In this document: positions 1 through 9,233 of the stretch, one piece after another
How the letters are laid out: each line of letters opens with the position of its first letter
How positions within the stretch are numbered: position 1 is the stretch's first letter
NCBI GenBank assembly: GCA_041695225.1
Contig: JBGFRI010000013.1
Coordinates: 1-23,681 of the forward strand
DNA: 23,681 bases
Source: Deinococcota bacterium
GTDB taxonomy: Bacteria; Deinococcota; Deinococci; Deinococcales; Thermaceae
Direction: 5' to 3'
Position numbers and translations under genes: made by a program
The notes under the pieces: model-generated
What the model saw: only the letters and a program-made list of their open reading frames with translations
Database searches by the model: none
What the model was told of the DNA's origin: nothing

Positions 1-155
1 AAACACCAGACACACAGCAGTTTTTATAAGATAACAACCAGACCGACGACAGACGATTTCCTTTCCGGCGGCGCAAACGCTTACAAAATCCTATAAAATC
101 TATTTTTAGAGGTTCCCTTAAGATCAGGAGGCGCACAGGTTTTGCTCTTTAGGGT

Positions 156-1352
156 ATGCCAATGGCAGTGGGTTCCCAATCCTTAGCGCCGGTCGTCGTC
201 TGCCTGGCAGACGATCTAAGCGGTGCCAACGTCACCGCCTCCTTATTACGAGATGCCGGTCTGGCACCTGTCTACGTTTTGGCGGATGAGCGCTATTCTC
301 GACTTCCGCCGGAGGCCCAGGGCTACGTTGTCAACACCGGCACCCGCGACGACCTCGAATCTTCTGCGGCCGAATGCTTGCGTAAACTGGTGCGCAGGCT
401 CAAAGAAGAGCTCGCCAATCGGCCGATCCTCTGGAGCAAAAGGATCGACTCGACCTTGCGTGGCCACATCTCGCTTGAGCTGGCGGCATTGCGCGATGAG
501 CTCCAAGCCTCCCTCACCCTCCTCGCCCCGGCCTTCCCCGAAGCTGGCAGAACTACCGTCGGAGGTTATCAACTCGTCGGGAGGCAGATCGCAAGTGCGG
601 CCATCGGCTCAACCCGTAGTGATCTAGCTGCCCTGGTGCGAGAGGCGGGTTTCGCCTCGGTTGCGCTATTGCGTGCAGGTGATGAAATTGCAGGTCTGCT
701 CCGGAAGTTACCCCGGCGGGCAGCACTCATCGCCGACGCCTCGACGAACGCCGATCTGCGGCGGCTGGCGGAGGATACCTTGGAACTCTGGCTGAAGGGG
801 GCGCTCGCCGTTGACAGCGGCCCCTACACTGCGGCCCTGGCCGCTGCCGGCGTACGGCACGGGCTTTGGGAGGCAGCCTCCTTTCCGATGCTCGTGATAA
901 TCGGGACTCGCTCTGCGCTCATGCAAAGGCAACTGGAGCACCTGGCGCGTGCGCATCCTGATCTGGTGCGGTTAAACCCTGCTTTCAGCGCCCAGGAAGC
1001 ACAGGAAGCGATGAGGACCGGAGGAGCGGTTCTCCTCTCGACAGAAGATGGTTATGACGTTGCTCGCAGCCTCGACGAGCTGGGTGTGGCTGCCGAGCGA
1101 TTGCTCTCTCATTTTCAGAGGCCTCCTGCACTGCTCATCTCCGGTGGCTGGACGGCCTCGAGGGTGCTCTCTCGCTTCGGAGTCGAGGCGTTGGAGGCTT
1201 ATGGCGAACTGCTCCCCCTGGTGCCGCTCGCCCGAATCCGCGGCGGGCTGCTCGACGGTACGCTGCTCGCAACCAAGGGCGGGCTCGTAGGCGATGAAAC
1301 CGCTCTCGCCCGCGCGGTGAGCTTGCTACAGCTGATGAGGAGATCCATATGA
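156..1352 (+). CDS. Four-carbon acid-sugar kinase (DUF1537 / DtnK-DenK-OtnK family)
   Basis: 398-aa ORF with family motifs LADDLSGA, KRIDSTLRGH, PAFPEAGRTT and C-terminal SGGxTA...TKGG; stop overlaps the start of the pdxA-like gene (ATGA), the classic DUF1537-PdxA2 pairing. Confidence 0.88.
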   Translation: MPMAVGSQSLAPVVVCLADDLSGANVTASLLRDAGLAPVYVLADERYSRLPPEAQGYVVNTGTRDDLESSAAECLRKLVRRLKEELANRPILWSKRIDSTLRGHISLELAALRDELQASLTLLAPAFPEAGRTTVGGYQLVGRQIASAAIGSTRSDLAALVREAGFASVALLRAGDEIAGLLRKLPRRAALIADASTNADLRRLAEDTLELWLKGALAVDSGPYTAALAAAGVRHGLWEAASFPMLVIIGTRSALMQRQLEHLARAHPDLVRLNPAFSAQEAQEAMRTGGAVLLSTEDGYDVARSLDELGVAAERLLSHFQRPPALLISGGWTASRVLSRFGVEALEAYGELLPLVPLARIRGGLLDGTLLATKGGLVGDETALARAVSLLQLMRRSI

Positions 1353-2356
1353 AACCAACTTTGGCCATCACCATGGGCGATCCGGCGGGAATCGGCCCTG
1401 AGATCACCCTTAAAGTTCTAAGACGCCCGGAGCTACACGAAGGCGCTCGCATGATGGTGGTAGGTGCTCGAGCCGTGCTTGAGGACATGGCGCGGCGGCT
1501 GGGCTTCGAGATGCAGTTTGGCAGCCTCGAGACTGCCCATGACTGGCAGTCGTCACCCGACTGGCTGCCCGTACACCAGGTGGGCCAGCTGACGCCGAAA
1601 GACTTTGAACTGGGCAAGGTTGCCGCCCACACCGGACGGGACAGCGTTGCCTACGTCCAGGCCGCGGCCGCCTTGGCCCAAGAAGGCCGCATAGACGCCA
1701 TCGTCACCGCTCCAATAAACAAGGAGTCGTTGCGCGCAGCCGGTATCAAGTACCCTGGACACACCGAGATTCTGGGCGCCTTCTTCGGCTCAAACGTCGA
1801 GACGATGTTCGTGGTTGACAGGCTGCGCATCTTCTTCCTGACCCGGCACCTTTCGCTGCGTAAGGCCATAGATGCGATTAGCACCGAGGGGCTGTTGAAA
1901 CTGCTGGGGCACGCTCGAGAAGTTCTAGGTGAACTCGGTTTCGAGGACCCGGCGATCGGCGTGGCGGGCTTGAACCCCCACGCAGGGGATGGGGGCATCT
2001 TCGGCACCGAAGAGATCGAGATTTTAGAGCCAGCCGTCCGTGAAGCACAAAAGCGCGGTTGGAAGGTGTTTGGCCCTGTAGGCGCGGACACGATCTTCCA
2101 TCAAGGGCTAGAGGGCAGATACGACGCCGTTATCGCCCTCTATCACGACCAGGGCCACATCGCCGCCAAGACCTACAACTTTCACCGCACCGTCAGTGTC
2201 ACCACTGGCTTGCCGACCATCCGCACCTCTGTCGATCACGGCACCGCCTTCGACATTGCCGGCAGGGGCATCGCCGATCCGACCAACATGGTCGAGGCGA
2301 TCAAGGTGGCTACCGAAATGGTCTCCAGGCGCTTTGCCAGACGGCTCGAGGGATAA
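1349..2356 (+). CDS. pdxA: PdxA-family dehydrogenase (likely PdxA2, D-threonate/erythronate 4-phosphate dehydrogenase)
   Basis: Motifs TMGDPAGIGPE, TAPINK, GHTE, GLNPHAG, YHDQG, RTSVDHGTAFDIAG; coupling to a DUF1537 kinase suggests the catabolic PdxA2 subgroup. Confidence 0.93.
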   Translation: MKPTLAITMGDPAGIGPEITLKVLRRPELHEGARMMVVGARAVLEDMARRLGFEMQFGSLETAHDWQSSPDWLPVHQVGQLTPKDFELGKVAAHTGRDSVAYVQAAAALAQEGRIDAIVTAPINKESLRAAGIKYPGHTEILGAFFGSNVETMFVVDRLRIFFLTRHLSLRKAIDAISTEGLLKLLGHAREVLGELGFEDPAIGVAGLNPHAGDGGIFGTEEIEILEPAVREAQKRGWKVFGPVGADTIFHQGLEGRYDAVIALYHDQGHIAAKTYNFHRTVSVTTGLPTIRTSVDHGTAFDIAGRGIADPTNMVEAIKVATEMVSRRFARRLEG

Positions 2357-2460
2357 CCTATCTAGCCGCCAGAGAATAGACATCCAGTGTTACCCGAGTC
2401 ACCGGGCATGTCGAGGGGGGTGGAGATCAGGCAAACCGATGGTCGATTATACTGAGCGCC

Positions 2461-3558
2461 ATGCGAGCAGCAATCCTTGAAGCCCCTGGAGGGCCACTAA
2501 GGCTCGAAGAGATCCCCGTTCCGGAACCCAAGAGAGGCGAAGTGTTGGTGAAGGTGGCCGCCTGCGGCGTCTGTCATTCTGATCTGCACGTCATCAAGGG
2601 TGAAATCGCCTTTCCGACCCCCTGTGTTTTGGGGCACGAGATTTCTGGGACCGTGGCTGCTCTGGGCCCAGGGGTAACGAGTCCTCTTGTAGGGGCGCGG
2701 GTGGTGGCCAGCTTCATCATGCCGTGCGGAAGCTGCCGCTACTGTGTTCAAGGACGCGACGACGTTTGCGAGACCTTCTTTGCGCTAAATCGCCGCAAAG
2801 GGGTGCTCTACGACGGCACGACACGCCTGTCGCGGCAAGGTGGCCAGCCGCTGGCCATGTACTCGATGGCCGGTCTGGCCGAGTATGCGGTAGTTCCGGC
2901 CACCGACGTCTTCCCGCTGCCCGACGAGCTGCCGCTCGAGGAGTCGGCAGTGATCGGCTGCGCGGTGTTTACCGCTTACGGCGCTGTCCGGCACGGGGCC
3001 GACCTGCGCGCGGGCGAGCGCATCGCCGTGGTTGCTGTGGGAGGTGTTGGCCTGAACATCATCCAGGTGGCAAAAACCTTCGGCGCCTCGCAAATTATCG
3101 CGGTAGATATCAGGGACGACAAACTCGAGGCTGCCCGCTCCATCGGTGCGACCCACCTGGTCAACAGCCGCGCTGAGGATGCTGTTGCAAAGGTACGCAC
3201 TCTTACCAATGGTGACGGTGTAGACGCGGCGTTCGAGGTCCTGGGTCTCCCCGAGACCTTCCAGCAGGCTGTCGCCATGCTGCGTGAAGGTGGGCGTATG
3301 GTCGCAGTCGGCCTGGCCCCCGGCCAGGCGGCTGCCGAGGTTGAGATTACCCACCTGGTGCGGCGCAGCTTGCGCCTGGTCGGCTCTTATGGAGCCCGTA
3401 CCCGCAGCGACATGCCGCAGATCTTAAGGCTGGCGGCCCAGGGCCTTTTCAGGACCGAAAAGGTGGTCACGCGCCGCTATTCTCTTGAACAAGCCGACGA
3501 GGCGTATCGCGCGCTGGACCGCGGCGATATCGTCGGAAGAGCCATCGTGGTACCGTAA
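2461..3558 (+). CDS. Zinc-dependent alcohol dehydrogenase (MDR superfamily)
   Basis: Catalytic Zn ligands CHSD and GHE, structural Zn CGSCRYC...C, Rossmann VAVGGVG...VDIR. Confidence 0.92.
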   Translation: MRAAILEAPGGPLRLEEIPVPEPKRGEVLVKVAACGVCHSDLHVIKGEIAFPTPCVLGHEISGTVAALGPGVTSPLVGARVVASFIMPCGSCRYCVQGRDDVCETFFALNRRKGVLYDGTTRLSRQGGQPLAMYSMAGLAEYAVVPATDVFPLPDELPLEESAVIGCAVFTAYGAVRHGADLRAGERIAVVAVGGVGLNIIQVAKTFGASQIIAVDIRDDKLEAARSIGATHLVNSRAEDAVAKVRTLTNGDGVDAAFEVLGLPETFQQAVAMLREGGRMVAVGLAPGQAAAEVEITHLVRRSLRLVGSYGARTRSDMPQILRLAAQGLFRTEKVVTRRYSLEQADEAYRALDRGDIVGRAIVVP

Positions 3559-3770
3559 GCCCCGGCTCGAGCCAGCCTGGCAACACTGCCAGTAACGGCC
3601 AAGGGTGGCGGCGTAAGGACAGTCCCTGTTATCGGCAAACTACGGGTGGCGATAGTACGCAGACGCCTAAACTTTGTACTCGGCGGAGTGCCGAACCGAA
3701 GTTTTCGCGGGCTTTCGATCTTCTCCTGGTCTCCTGCCAGATGCAGACAGAAGGGCTAAAGCCTCGATAG

Positions 3771-3837
3771 GGGTTTTGTTAGACCAGGTCAGGTTTGGGC
3801 TACTTCGCCAACCTGAGCTTTCGGGCTAACACAACCC
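3771..3837. mobile_element. MITE-like 67-bp element with 15-bp imperfect terminal inverted repeats and TAG flanks
   Basis: GGGTTTTGTTAGACC (3771-3785) matches the reverse complement of GGGCTAACACAACCC (3823-3837) at 13/15; TAG lies directly on both sides (3768-3770, 3838-3840); the interior is also self-complementary. Confidence 0.55.
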
Positions 3838-3840
3838 TAG

Positions 3841-3873
3841 TAAAGTAAGAACCCCCGATTCAACATCGGGGGT
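3841..3873 (-). terminator. Intrinsic terminator downstream of the TRAP SBP gene
   Basis: Perfect 9-bp stem ACCCCCGAT (3851-3859)/ATCGGGGGT (3865-3873) with a 5-nt loop, followed on the minus strand by TCTTACTTTA; about 30 nt after the stop at 3906. Confidence 0.75.
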
Positions 3874-3905
3874 AAGGGTGGACTGGGCTTACTCGGGGCC
3901 ATCTA

Positions 3906-4991
3906 CTAGGCACGCAGCCCACGGACAACGTCTTCGTAGCGGAACTCGTTGGTGGCAAACCAGCGGCGCGACTGCTCGCGGAAGGCTCTCCAGGGCCCCA
4001 GGATGGCCCGCACGGTGGCATTTCTGGCAGCCAGGTCTTCCAGTAGCTCGTGGGAGGCCCGGTTGGCTGCGTGCAGTACGCTGGTGGGGAAAGGGCGAAC
4101 CTGGGTTCCACCGCGCATCAGGCGAGCCAGCGCAGGGGCGTTTTTGGCGTCATAGGCAGCCATTACCCGTACAAGGGCCTCGCGGGTGGCGCTTTCCACA
4201 GCCTCCTGATAGAGCTTGGGCAGGGCGCGCCAGCGCTCGAGGTTGGTCAAGACGGCCGAGGTGGCGCCTGGCTCGTGCCAGCCAGGGTAGTAGTAAAAGC
4301 GGGCGGCGCGGTGCAGACCCAGTCTTTCATCGTCGTGGGGGCCGACAAACTCGGCGGCATCTACAGCGCCTCGTTCCAGGGCCAGAAAGATCTCACCCGC
4401 TGGTAGTAACAGAACCGTGGCGCCGAGGCGGGTCATCACTTCGCCTCCCTGACCAGGTATGCGGAAGCGCAGGCCGCGCAGGTCTTCCGGGCCGCGGATC
4501 TCCCGGCGGAACCAGCCCCCCATCTGCGCCATAGAGTTTCCTGCGGGAAACTGGATGATGTTGTAATCGGCCAGGACGCGCCGCATAGTTTCGAGGCCGC
4601 CCCCAAAGTACAGCCAGGCGTTCTGCTGCCGGGCGTTCAGTCCGAAGGGTATGGTGGAGTCGAAAGCAAAAGCGGGGTTTACCCCAATCCAGAAATAGGT
4701 GGAAGTGTGGCCCATCTCCACCGCGCCACCCCGCACCGCGTCAAAAATTCCCGGCGGCGGCACCAGCTCTCCGGCAGGGTGTACGCTGATCTCGAAGCGG
4801 CCCTCGGTCAGCTCGGCAACCCGGCTGGCAACGTACTCGGCGCCCCCGTTGAGAACATCCAGGGCGCGGGGCCAGTGCGTTTGCATCCGCCAGCGAACCC
4901 TGGGCAGGGTCTGGGCATATACCGGGCCGAGCACCGCGCTGGCCGCCACAGCGCCAACGCCTGCCTTCTTCAAAAACTCCCGTCGCTTCAT
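3906..4991 (-). CDS. TRAP transporter solute-binding protein (DctP family, TakP-like), Tat signal
   Basis: N-terminal KRREFLK twin-arginine signal with VYA-Q cleavage; motifs QMGGWFRREI, FRIPG, LERGAVDAAEFVGP, YYYPGWHEP; SD GGGAGG upstream. Confidence 0.92.
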   Translation of the reverse strand: MKRREFLKKAGVGAVAASAVLGPVYAQTLPRVRWRMQTHWPRALDVLNGGAEYVASRVAELTEGRFEISVHPAGELVPPPGIFDAVRGGAVEMGHTSTYFWIGVNPAFAFDSTIPFGLNARQQNAWLYFGGGLETMRRVLADYNIIQFPAGNSMAQMGGWFRREIRGPEDLRGLRFRIPGQGGEVMTRLGATVLLLPAGEIFLALERGAVDAAEFVGPHDDERLGLHRAARFYYYPGWHEPGATSAVLTNLERWRALPKLYQEAVESATREALVRVMAAYDAKNAPALARLMRGGTQVRPFPTSVLHAANRASHELLEDLAARNATVRAILGPWRAFREQSRRWFATNEFRYEDVVRGLRA

Positions 4992-5382
4992 GTATTCCTC
5001 CCAAAAGCGATTTGCTTGTACTGCATGGTGCAGAAAGGTGACAAATTACACACACCTAGCTGCTTGGTCGCAAGGCGATGCCCTGGTTCAATACAAAAAA
5101 GACTGGCTGCTCGGCGAGCCTGCCTTGAGCCTATCGAAGGGACCAGCCCTGGGTTCGCTCACAATGCGCCAGTAGTATCAGATGATCTAACACTTGGTTT
5201 ACCCGTAAATCTGGGACGCCGTCTGGTGCCCTTCTAGGCCGGTAGCGCCCCTTCAGTACACATTATCAAGCTCGGAGAGTCTCACATCTATGCTGAACCC
5301 TGACACCCCAAGCCAGTATCCACCCTGCATAGCGGTCCCCGAAAATATAGCATAGAGGAAACCCAACGGCACTAGACGCTGC

Positions 5383-6468
5383 CTAAGACTCGCGCAGTCC
5401 GCGGACGAAGTCTTCGAAGCGGAATTCGTTGGTGCCAAACCAGCGCCGCGACTGCTCGCGGAAGCTTCTCCAGGGCCCCAAGATGCCCCTGAAGGTCGCG
5501 TCTCTGGCAGCAATTTCTTCGAGCATCTCGTGGGTAGCCCGGTTGGCGGCCTGTAGCACGGTGGTTGGGAAGGGCCTGAACTGGGTACCGCCAGCTATCA
5601 AACGCCTAAATGCTGGCAAATTCTTAGCGTCGTATTCTGCTATCATGCGGTCATTTCCCTCGCGGGAGGCGCTTATGAAAGCCTCCTGGTACTGCTTGGG
5701 CAGGGTACGCCAGCGCTCGAGGTTCACCAGGCTACCCACGGTAGGGGCAGGCTCCTGCCAGCCAGGGTAGTAGTAAAAACGTGCTGCCCTGTGCAGGCCC
5801 GCTATTTCGTCATCGAAGGGACCCACAAGCTCTGCGGCGTCAACCACACCACGCTCTAGGGCCAAAAAAATCTCGGCTGGTGGAATTAGCTGTACACTGG
5901 CACCCAGCCGGGCCATAACCTGCCCACCCAGTCCAGCAACCCGAAAACGCAGACCACGGAAGTCTTCCGGGCCACGAATTTCGCGGCGGAACCAGCCTCC
6001 CATATGCATCGCGGTGTTGCCGCCCGGAAAGAAGATGGTATTTACATCTGCCATGACGCGCTGCATGGCCTCGAGGCCACCGCCAAAGTAAAGCCAGGCG
6101 TTTTGCTGGCGTGCATTCAAGCCAAAGGGAACGCTCGTGCCGAATGCAAAAGATGGGTTTACACCAACGAAAAAGAAGGTTGCGGTGAAACCCATCTCTA
6201 CCCCACCACGCTGCACTGCGTCTAAAAGTTGCGGTGCAGGCACCAGCTCTCCGGCAGGGTGTACACTGATCTCGAAACGCCCTTCAGTTAGCTCAGCCGT
6301 GCGTCTAGCTACGTACTCACCTCCAACATGGGTGAGAGCGGTACGCGCCCAGCTGGTGGTCATTCGCCAGCGAACCCTGGGCAGGGTCTGGGCATATACC
6401 GGGCCGAACACAGCGCTGGCCGCCACTGCGCCCACAACAGCTTTTTTGAAAAGATCGCGTCGCTTCAT
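5383..6468 (-). CDS. TRAP transporter solute-binding protein (DctP family, TakP-like), paralog of 3906-4991
   Basis: Start set at ATG 6468 (MKRRDLFKK), preceded by SD AAGGGGGAG and aligning with the paralog's start; same motifs (MGGWFRREI, YYYPGWQEP); 361 aa. Confidence 0.92.
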   Translation of the reverse strand: MKRRDLFKKAVVGAVAASAVFGPVYAQTLPRVRWRMTTSWARTALTHVGGEYVARRTAELTEGRFEISVHPAGELVPAPQLLDAVQRGGVEMGFTATFFFVGVNPSFAFGTSVPFGLNARQQNAWLYFGGGLEAMQRVMADVNTIFFPGGNTAMHMGGWFRREIRGPEDFRGLRFRVAGLGGQVMARLGASVQLIPPAEIFLALERGVVDAAELVGPFDDEIAGLHRAARFYYYPGWQEPAPTVGSLVNLERWRTLPKQYQEAFISASREGNDRMIAEYDAKNLPAFRRLIAGGTQFRPFPTTVLQAANRATHEMLEEIAARDATFRGILGPWRSFREQSRRWFGTNEFRFEDFVRGLRES

Positions 6469-6630
6469 CAGCTCCCCCTTAGAGTACCAATTAGTTGCCC
6501 TGCGCCAGAAAGCCAAATTATTATATTATGCGTAAAATACTTATGTTTGAAATATTGCAATATGGTCGGGGTTACATTCGGACCTGAGCGCTTTCCGTCG
6601 AATGTTCAGTGGGAACTGCCAGCTGGCGGA

Positions 6631-8889
6631 CTAGCGAGGTATCTGCTTCCATACCTTTTCTGGTGTGAGCGGCATGTCCAGATGTGCGATGCCCAGCGCA
6701 TCCATTACCGCACCGACCACTGCTGGGGTAGCGGCAATAGCGCCCGCCTCGCCCACCCCTTTTACGCCCAGGGGATTGGTGGGGGAGGGGGTCTGGTGGT
6801 GGTGGGGCTCCATCCAGGGGATTTGATCGGCCCTGGGTAGGGTGTACTCAAGGAAGCTGGCAGTCAGGTTCTGCCCTTCGCGGTCGTAGTGGATGCCCTC
6901 GTAGAGGGCCTGCCCGATGCCCTGGGCAATGCCGCCGTGCTGCTGCCCCTCATACAGCAGGGGGTTCACCACCACCCCACAGTCGTCCACCGCAAGGTAG
7001 CGCAGAACTCTCACCAGGCCTGTCTCCCGGTCTACCTCGACCATGGCCAGGTGCGAGCCGAAGGGATAGTTGGCCTCTTTGAGGGAGAAGCTCGAGTGCC
7101 CCTCCAGCCCTGGCTCCATGCCGGGCGGCAACTTGCGGTGGCTAAAGGCAGTGGCGAGGATCTGGTCCATCCCGACCAGCTTGTCGGTTCCGCGCACGCG
7201 CCAACCCTGTTCGCCCAGTTCAATGTCCTCCGGAGCAGCTTCCAGCAGATGCGCAGCGATCTTTATCAGTTTGTCGCGCACCATCTCGCCTGCTTTTTTC
7301 ACCGCCGAGCCCCCCACCGAAAGGGTGCGGCTACCCGCGGTGCCCATACCGTAGGGAACCGCCAGGGTGTCGCCCTGCACCACGCTGAAGCGCTCAGGCG
7401 CAATGCCCAGCAGGTCGGCCACAATCTGCACAAAGGCATTCTGGGTGCCCTGGCCGTGGGGCGAGGTTCCGGTTAAAATCACCACGCTGCCATCCGGATT
7501 GACCCGCACTCCGCCGGTCTCCCAGCCGTAACCGGTGATTTCCACATAGCAGCAGAGACCAATTCCCACCAGACGCCCCTGGCTACGGGCCTGGGCCTGC
7601 TCCTCTCGCAGTTGCGGGTAGTTGCTCACCTCGAGCAGCTTCTGCAAAACCTCGGCATAGGCCCCAGAATCGTACCTGGCTCCGGTGCGGGTTTTGTAGG
7701 GGAACGGCCCGGTAATCAGGTTTTTTCGCCGTATTTCCGCTGGGTCGAGGCCCAGCTCTCTGGCACCTATGTCCAGCAGCCGCTCCAGGTAATAAGTTGC
7801 CTCGGGCCGCCCGGCGCCGCGGTAGGCTCCAGTGGGGGTGGCGTTGGTATATACGCCCAGCATCTCCAGCTCCACCGCCGGAATCTCGTAGGGGCCTTGC
7901 AGCATCAGGATGGTGCCGGGCAGGTTGCCCAGCGTGGTCTCCAGTGCATAGGCGCCCAGGTCTGCCACTACCTGCCCGCGCAGGCCCAGAATCTGGCCCC
8001 CGGAGTCAAAGGCCATCTCCAGCTCGGCTTGCTGGGCCCGCCCGTGAATGGTGGCGTTGAAACTCTCGCTGCGCTGCTCGACCCACCGGACGCTCTTGCC
8101 CAGTTGTCTGGCCAGGTAGGCCACCAGGATTTCCTCGGGGTATACGTTGATCTTGGCGCCAAAGGCCCCGCCCACATCCGGGGTAATCACCCGTACCTGG
8201 TTTTCGGCGAGCTCGAGCCTCTCGGCTATGGCACTGCGCAGATCGTGGGGCATCTGAGCACTGGACCAGACCGTCAGTGCCTCGCGAATGCCGTCCCAAA
8301 CAGCCAGAATTCCCCTGGGTTCCATTGGTGCCGGAGCCACCCGTTGCTGCACTAGCCGGGCCTTTACCACCCTATGGGCCTTTTCAAAAGCTACGGAGGT
8401 CTCCCCCGAGGTGGTGGTGCGTTGTAGAGCGATATTGGTTAGGAGCTGGGGGTGCAGCGGGTCGGCCTGCATGGCCAGCAACGGGGTCGGACAGGCCGGC
8501 AGGGGATCGTAGTCCACGCTGATCTGTAAAAGCGCATCCTGGGCAGCAGCCAGCGAGGTTGCCACAACCGCCGCGACTGGCTCGCCCACATAGCGCACGG
8601 TATCTCTGGCCAGTATGGGATGAAAGACCAGCCTGGCGTCGCGCGCCGCAGCAGCCGGTGCGTATAACTCGGGTAGGTCGGCCGCGGTGTATATGGCCAC
8701 CACCCCCGGTATCTGCAAAGCCTGGGCGGTGTGTATCTGGCCCAGTCTGGCGTGTGCATACGGGCTGCGCAGAAGCACCACGTGGAGCAGGTTTTCTAAC
8801 TGGATGTCAGCAAGATACTGCCCCTGGCCCCGTACCAGCTTGCCGTCCTCAAGTCGCTTCATGGGTTTGCCGATATAGCGGTCTGACAT
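6631..8889 (-). CDS. Xanthine dehydrogenase family molybdopterin-binding large subunit (CoxL-like, form II motif)
   Basis: 752 aa; RSPYAHA, VGGAFGAK, AYRGAGRPE active-site loop, HGQG, GTAGSR, GQQHGGIAQGIG, GVKGVGEAG. Confidence 0.92.
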   Translation of the reverse strand: MSDRYIGKPMKRLEDGKLVRGQGQYLADIQLENLLHVVLLRSPYAHARLGQIHTAQALQIPGVVAIYTAADLPELYAPAAAARDARLVFHPILARDTVRYVGEPVAAVVATSLAAAQDALLQISVDYDPLPACPTPLLAMQADPLHPQLLTNIALQRTTTSGETSVAFEKAHRVVKARLVQQRVAPAPMEPRGILAVWDGIREALTVWSSAQMPHDLRSAIAERLELAENQVRVITPDVGGAFGAKINVYPEEILVAYLARQLGKSVRWVEQRSESFNATIHGRAQQAELEMAFDSGGQILGLRGQVVADLGAYALETTLGNLPGTILMLQGPYEIPAVELEMLGVYTNATPTGAYRGAGRPEATYYLERLLDIGARELGLDPAEIRRKNLITGPFPYKTRTGARYDSGAYAEVLQKLLEVSNYPQLREEQAQARSQGRLVGIGLCCYVEITGYGWETGGVRVNPDGSVVILTGTSPHGQGTQNAFVQIVADLLGIAPERFSVVQGDTLAVPYGMGTAGSRTLSVGGSAVKKAGEMVRDKLIKIAAHLLEAAPEDIELGEQGWRVRGTDKLVGMDQILATAFSHRKLPPGMEPGLEGHSSFSLKEANYPFGSHLAMVEVDRETGLVRVLRYLAVDDCGVVVNPLLYEGQQHGGIAQGIGQALYEGIHYDREGQNLTASFLEYTLPRADQIPWMEPHHHQTPSPTNPLGVKGVGEAGAIAATPAVVGAVMDALGIAHLDMPLTPEKVWKQIPR

Positions 8890-8953
8890 GGGGCCATGTT
8901 ACCTTAGGCAGCGCGCGACCACTCGACCAGTGCGTAGTATGCCACCTTTATAA

Positions 8954-9218
8954 GGTCGCAGGTCGAAATAAAAGATGTCGAAAGTCGAATGTCGAAGGCC
9001 TTAGACTTTAGACCTTAGACCTTAGACATTCCATTGACCTGAGACCCAAGACCCGTGACCTGTGACATTCCATTAGCCCATAGCTAATAGCCTAAAGCCT
9101 AAAGCCTAAAGCTAAAAGCTAAAAGCCATAGGCCTTCAGCCTTCAGCCTTTATTTGACCCTCGACCCTCGACCTGTGACACTCTTTCGACCCGAGACCCA
9201 AGACCCGTGACATTTTTT
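8954..9218 (+). repeat. Modular heptamer-repeat element A
   Basis: GGTCGCA/TGTCGAA arm, then GACYTTA x3, GACATTCCATT, GACCNNN x4, GACATTCCAT, TAGCNNA x3, AAGCYWA run, CAGCCTT x2, TATTT, GACCCTC x2, GACACTCTTT, GACCCNN x3, GACATTTTTT. Confidence 0.92.
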
Positions 9219-9233
9219 AAAGGGTACAAGGTC

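Noticed and set aside
3560..3765. Possible RNA gene or riboswitch after the ADH gene
   Set aside because: No recognisable tRNA, riboswitch or sRNA consensus could be identified by eye.
6631..8889. True aerobic CO dehydrogenase (form I coxL)
   Set aside because: The active-site loop is AYRGAGR, not AYRCSFR, and coxM/coxS are not adjacent.
8940..9232. Target-site duplications flanking the heptamer elements
   Set aside because: I compared the flanks of A, B, D and E and found no convincing direct repeats, so classical DDE transposition is unsupported.
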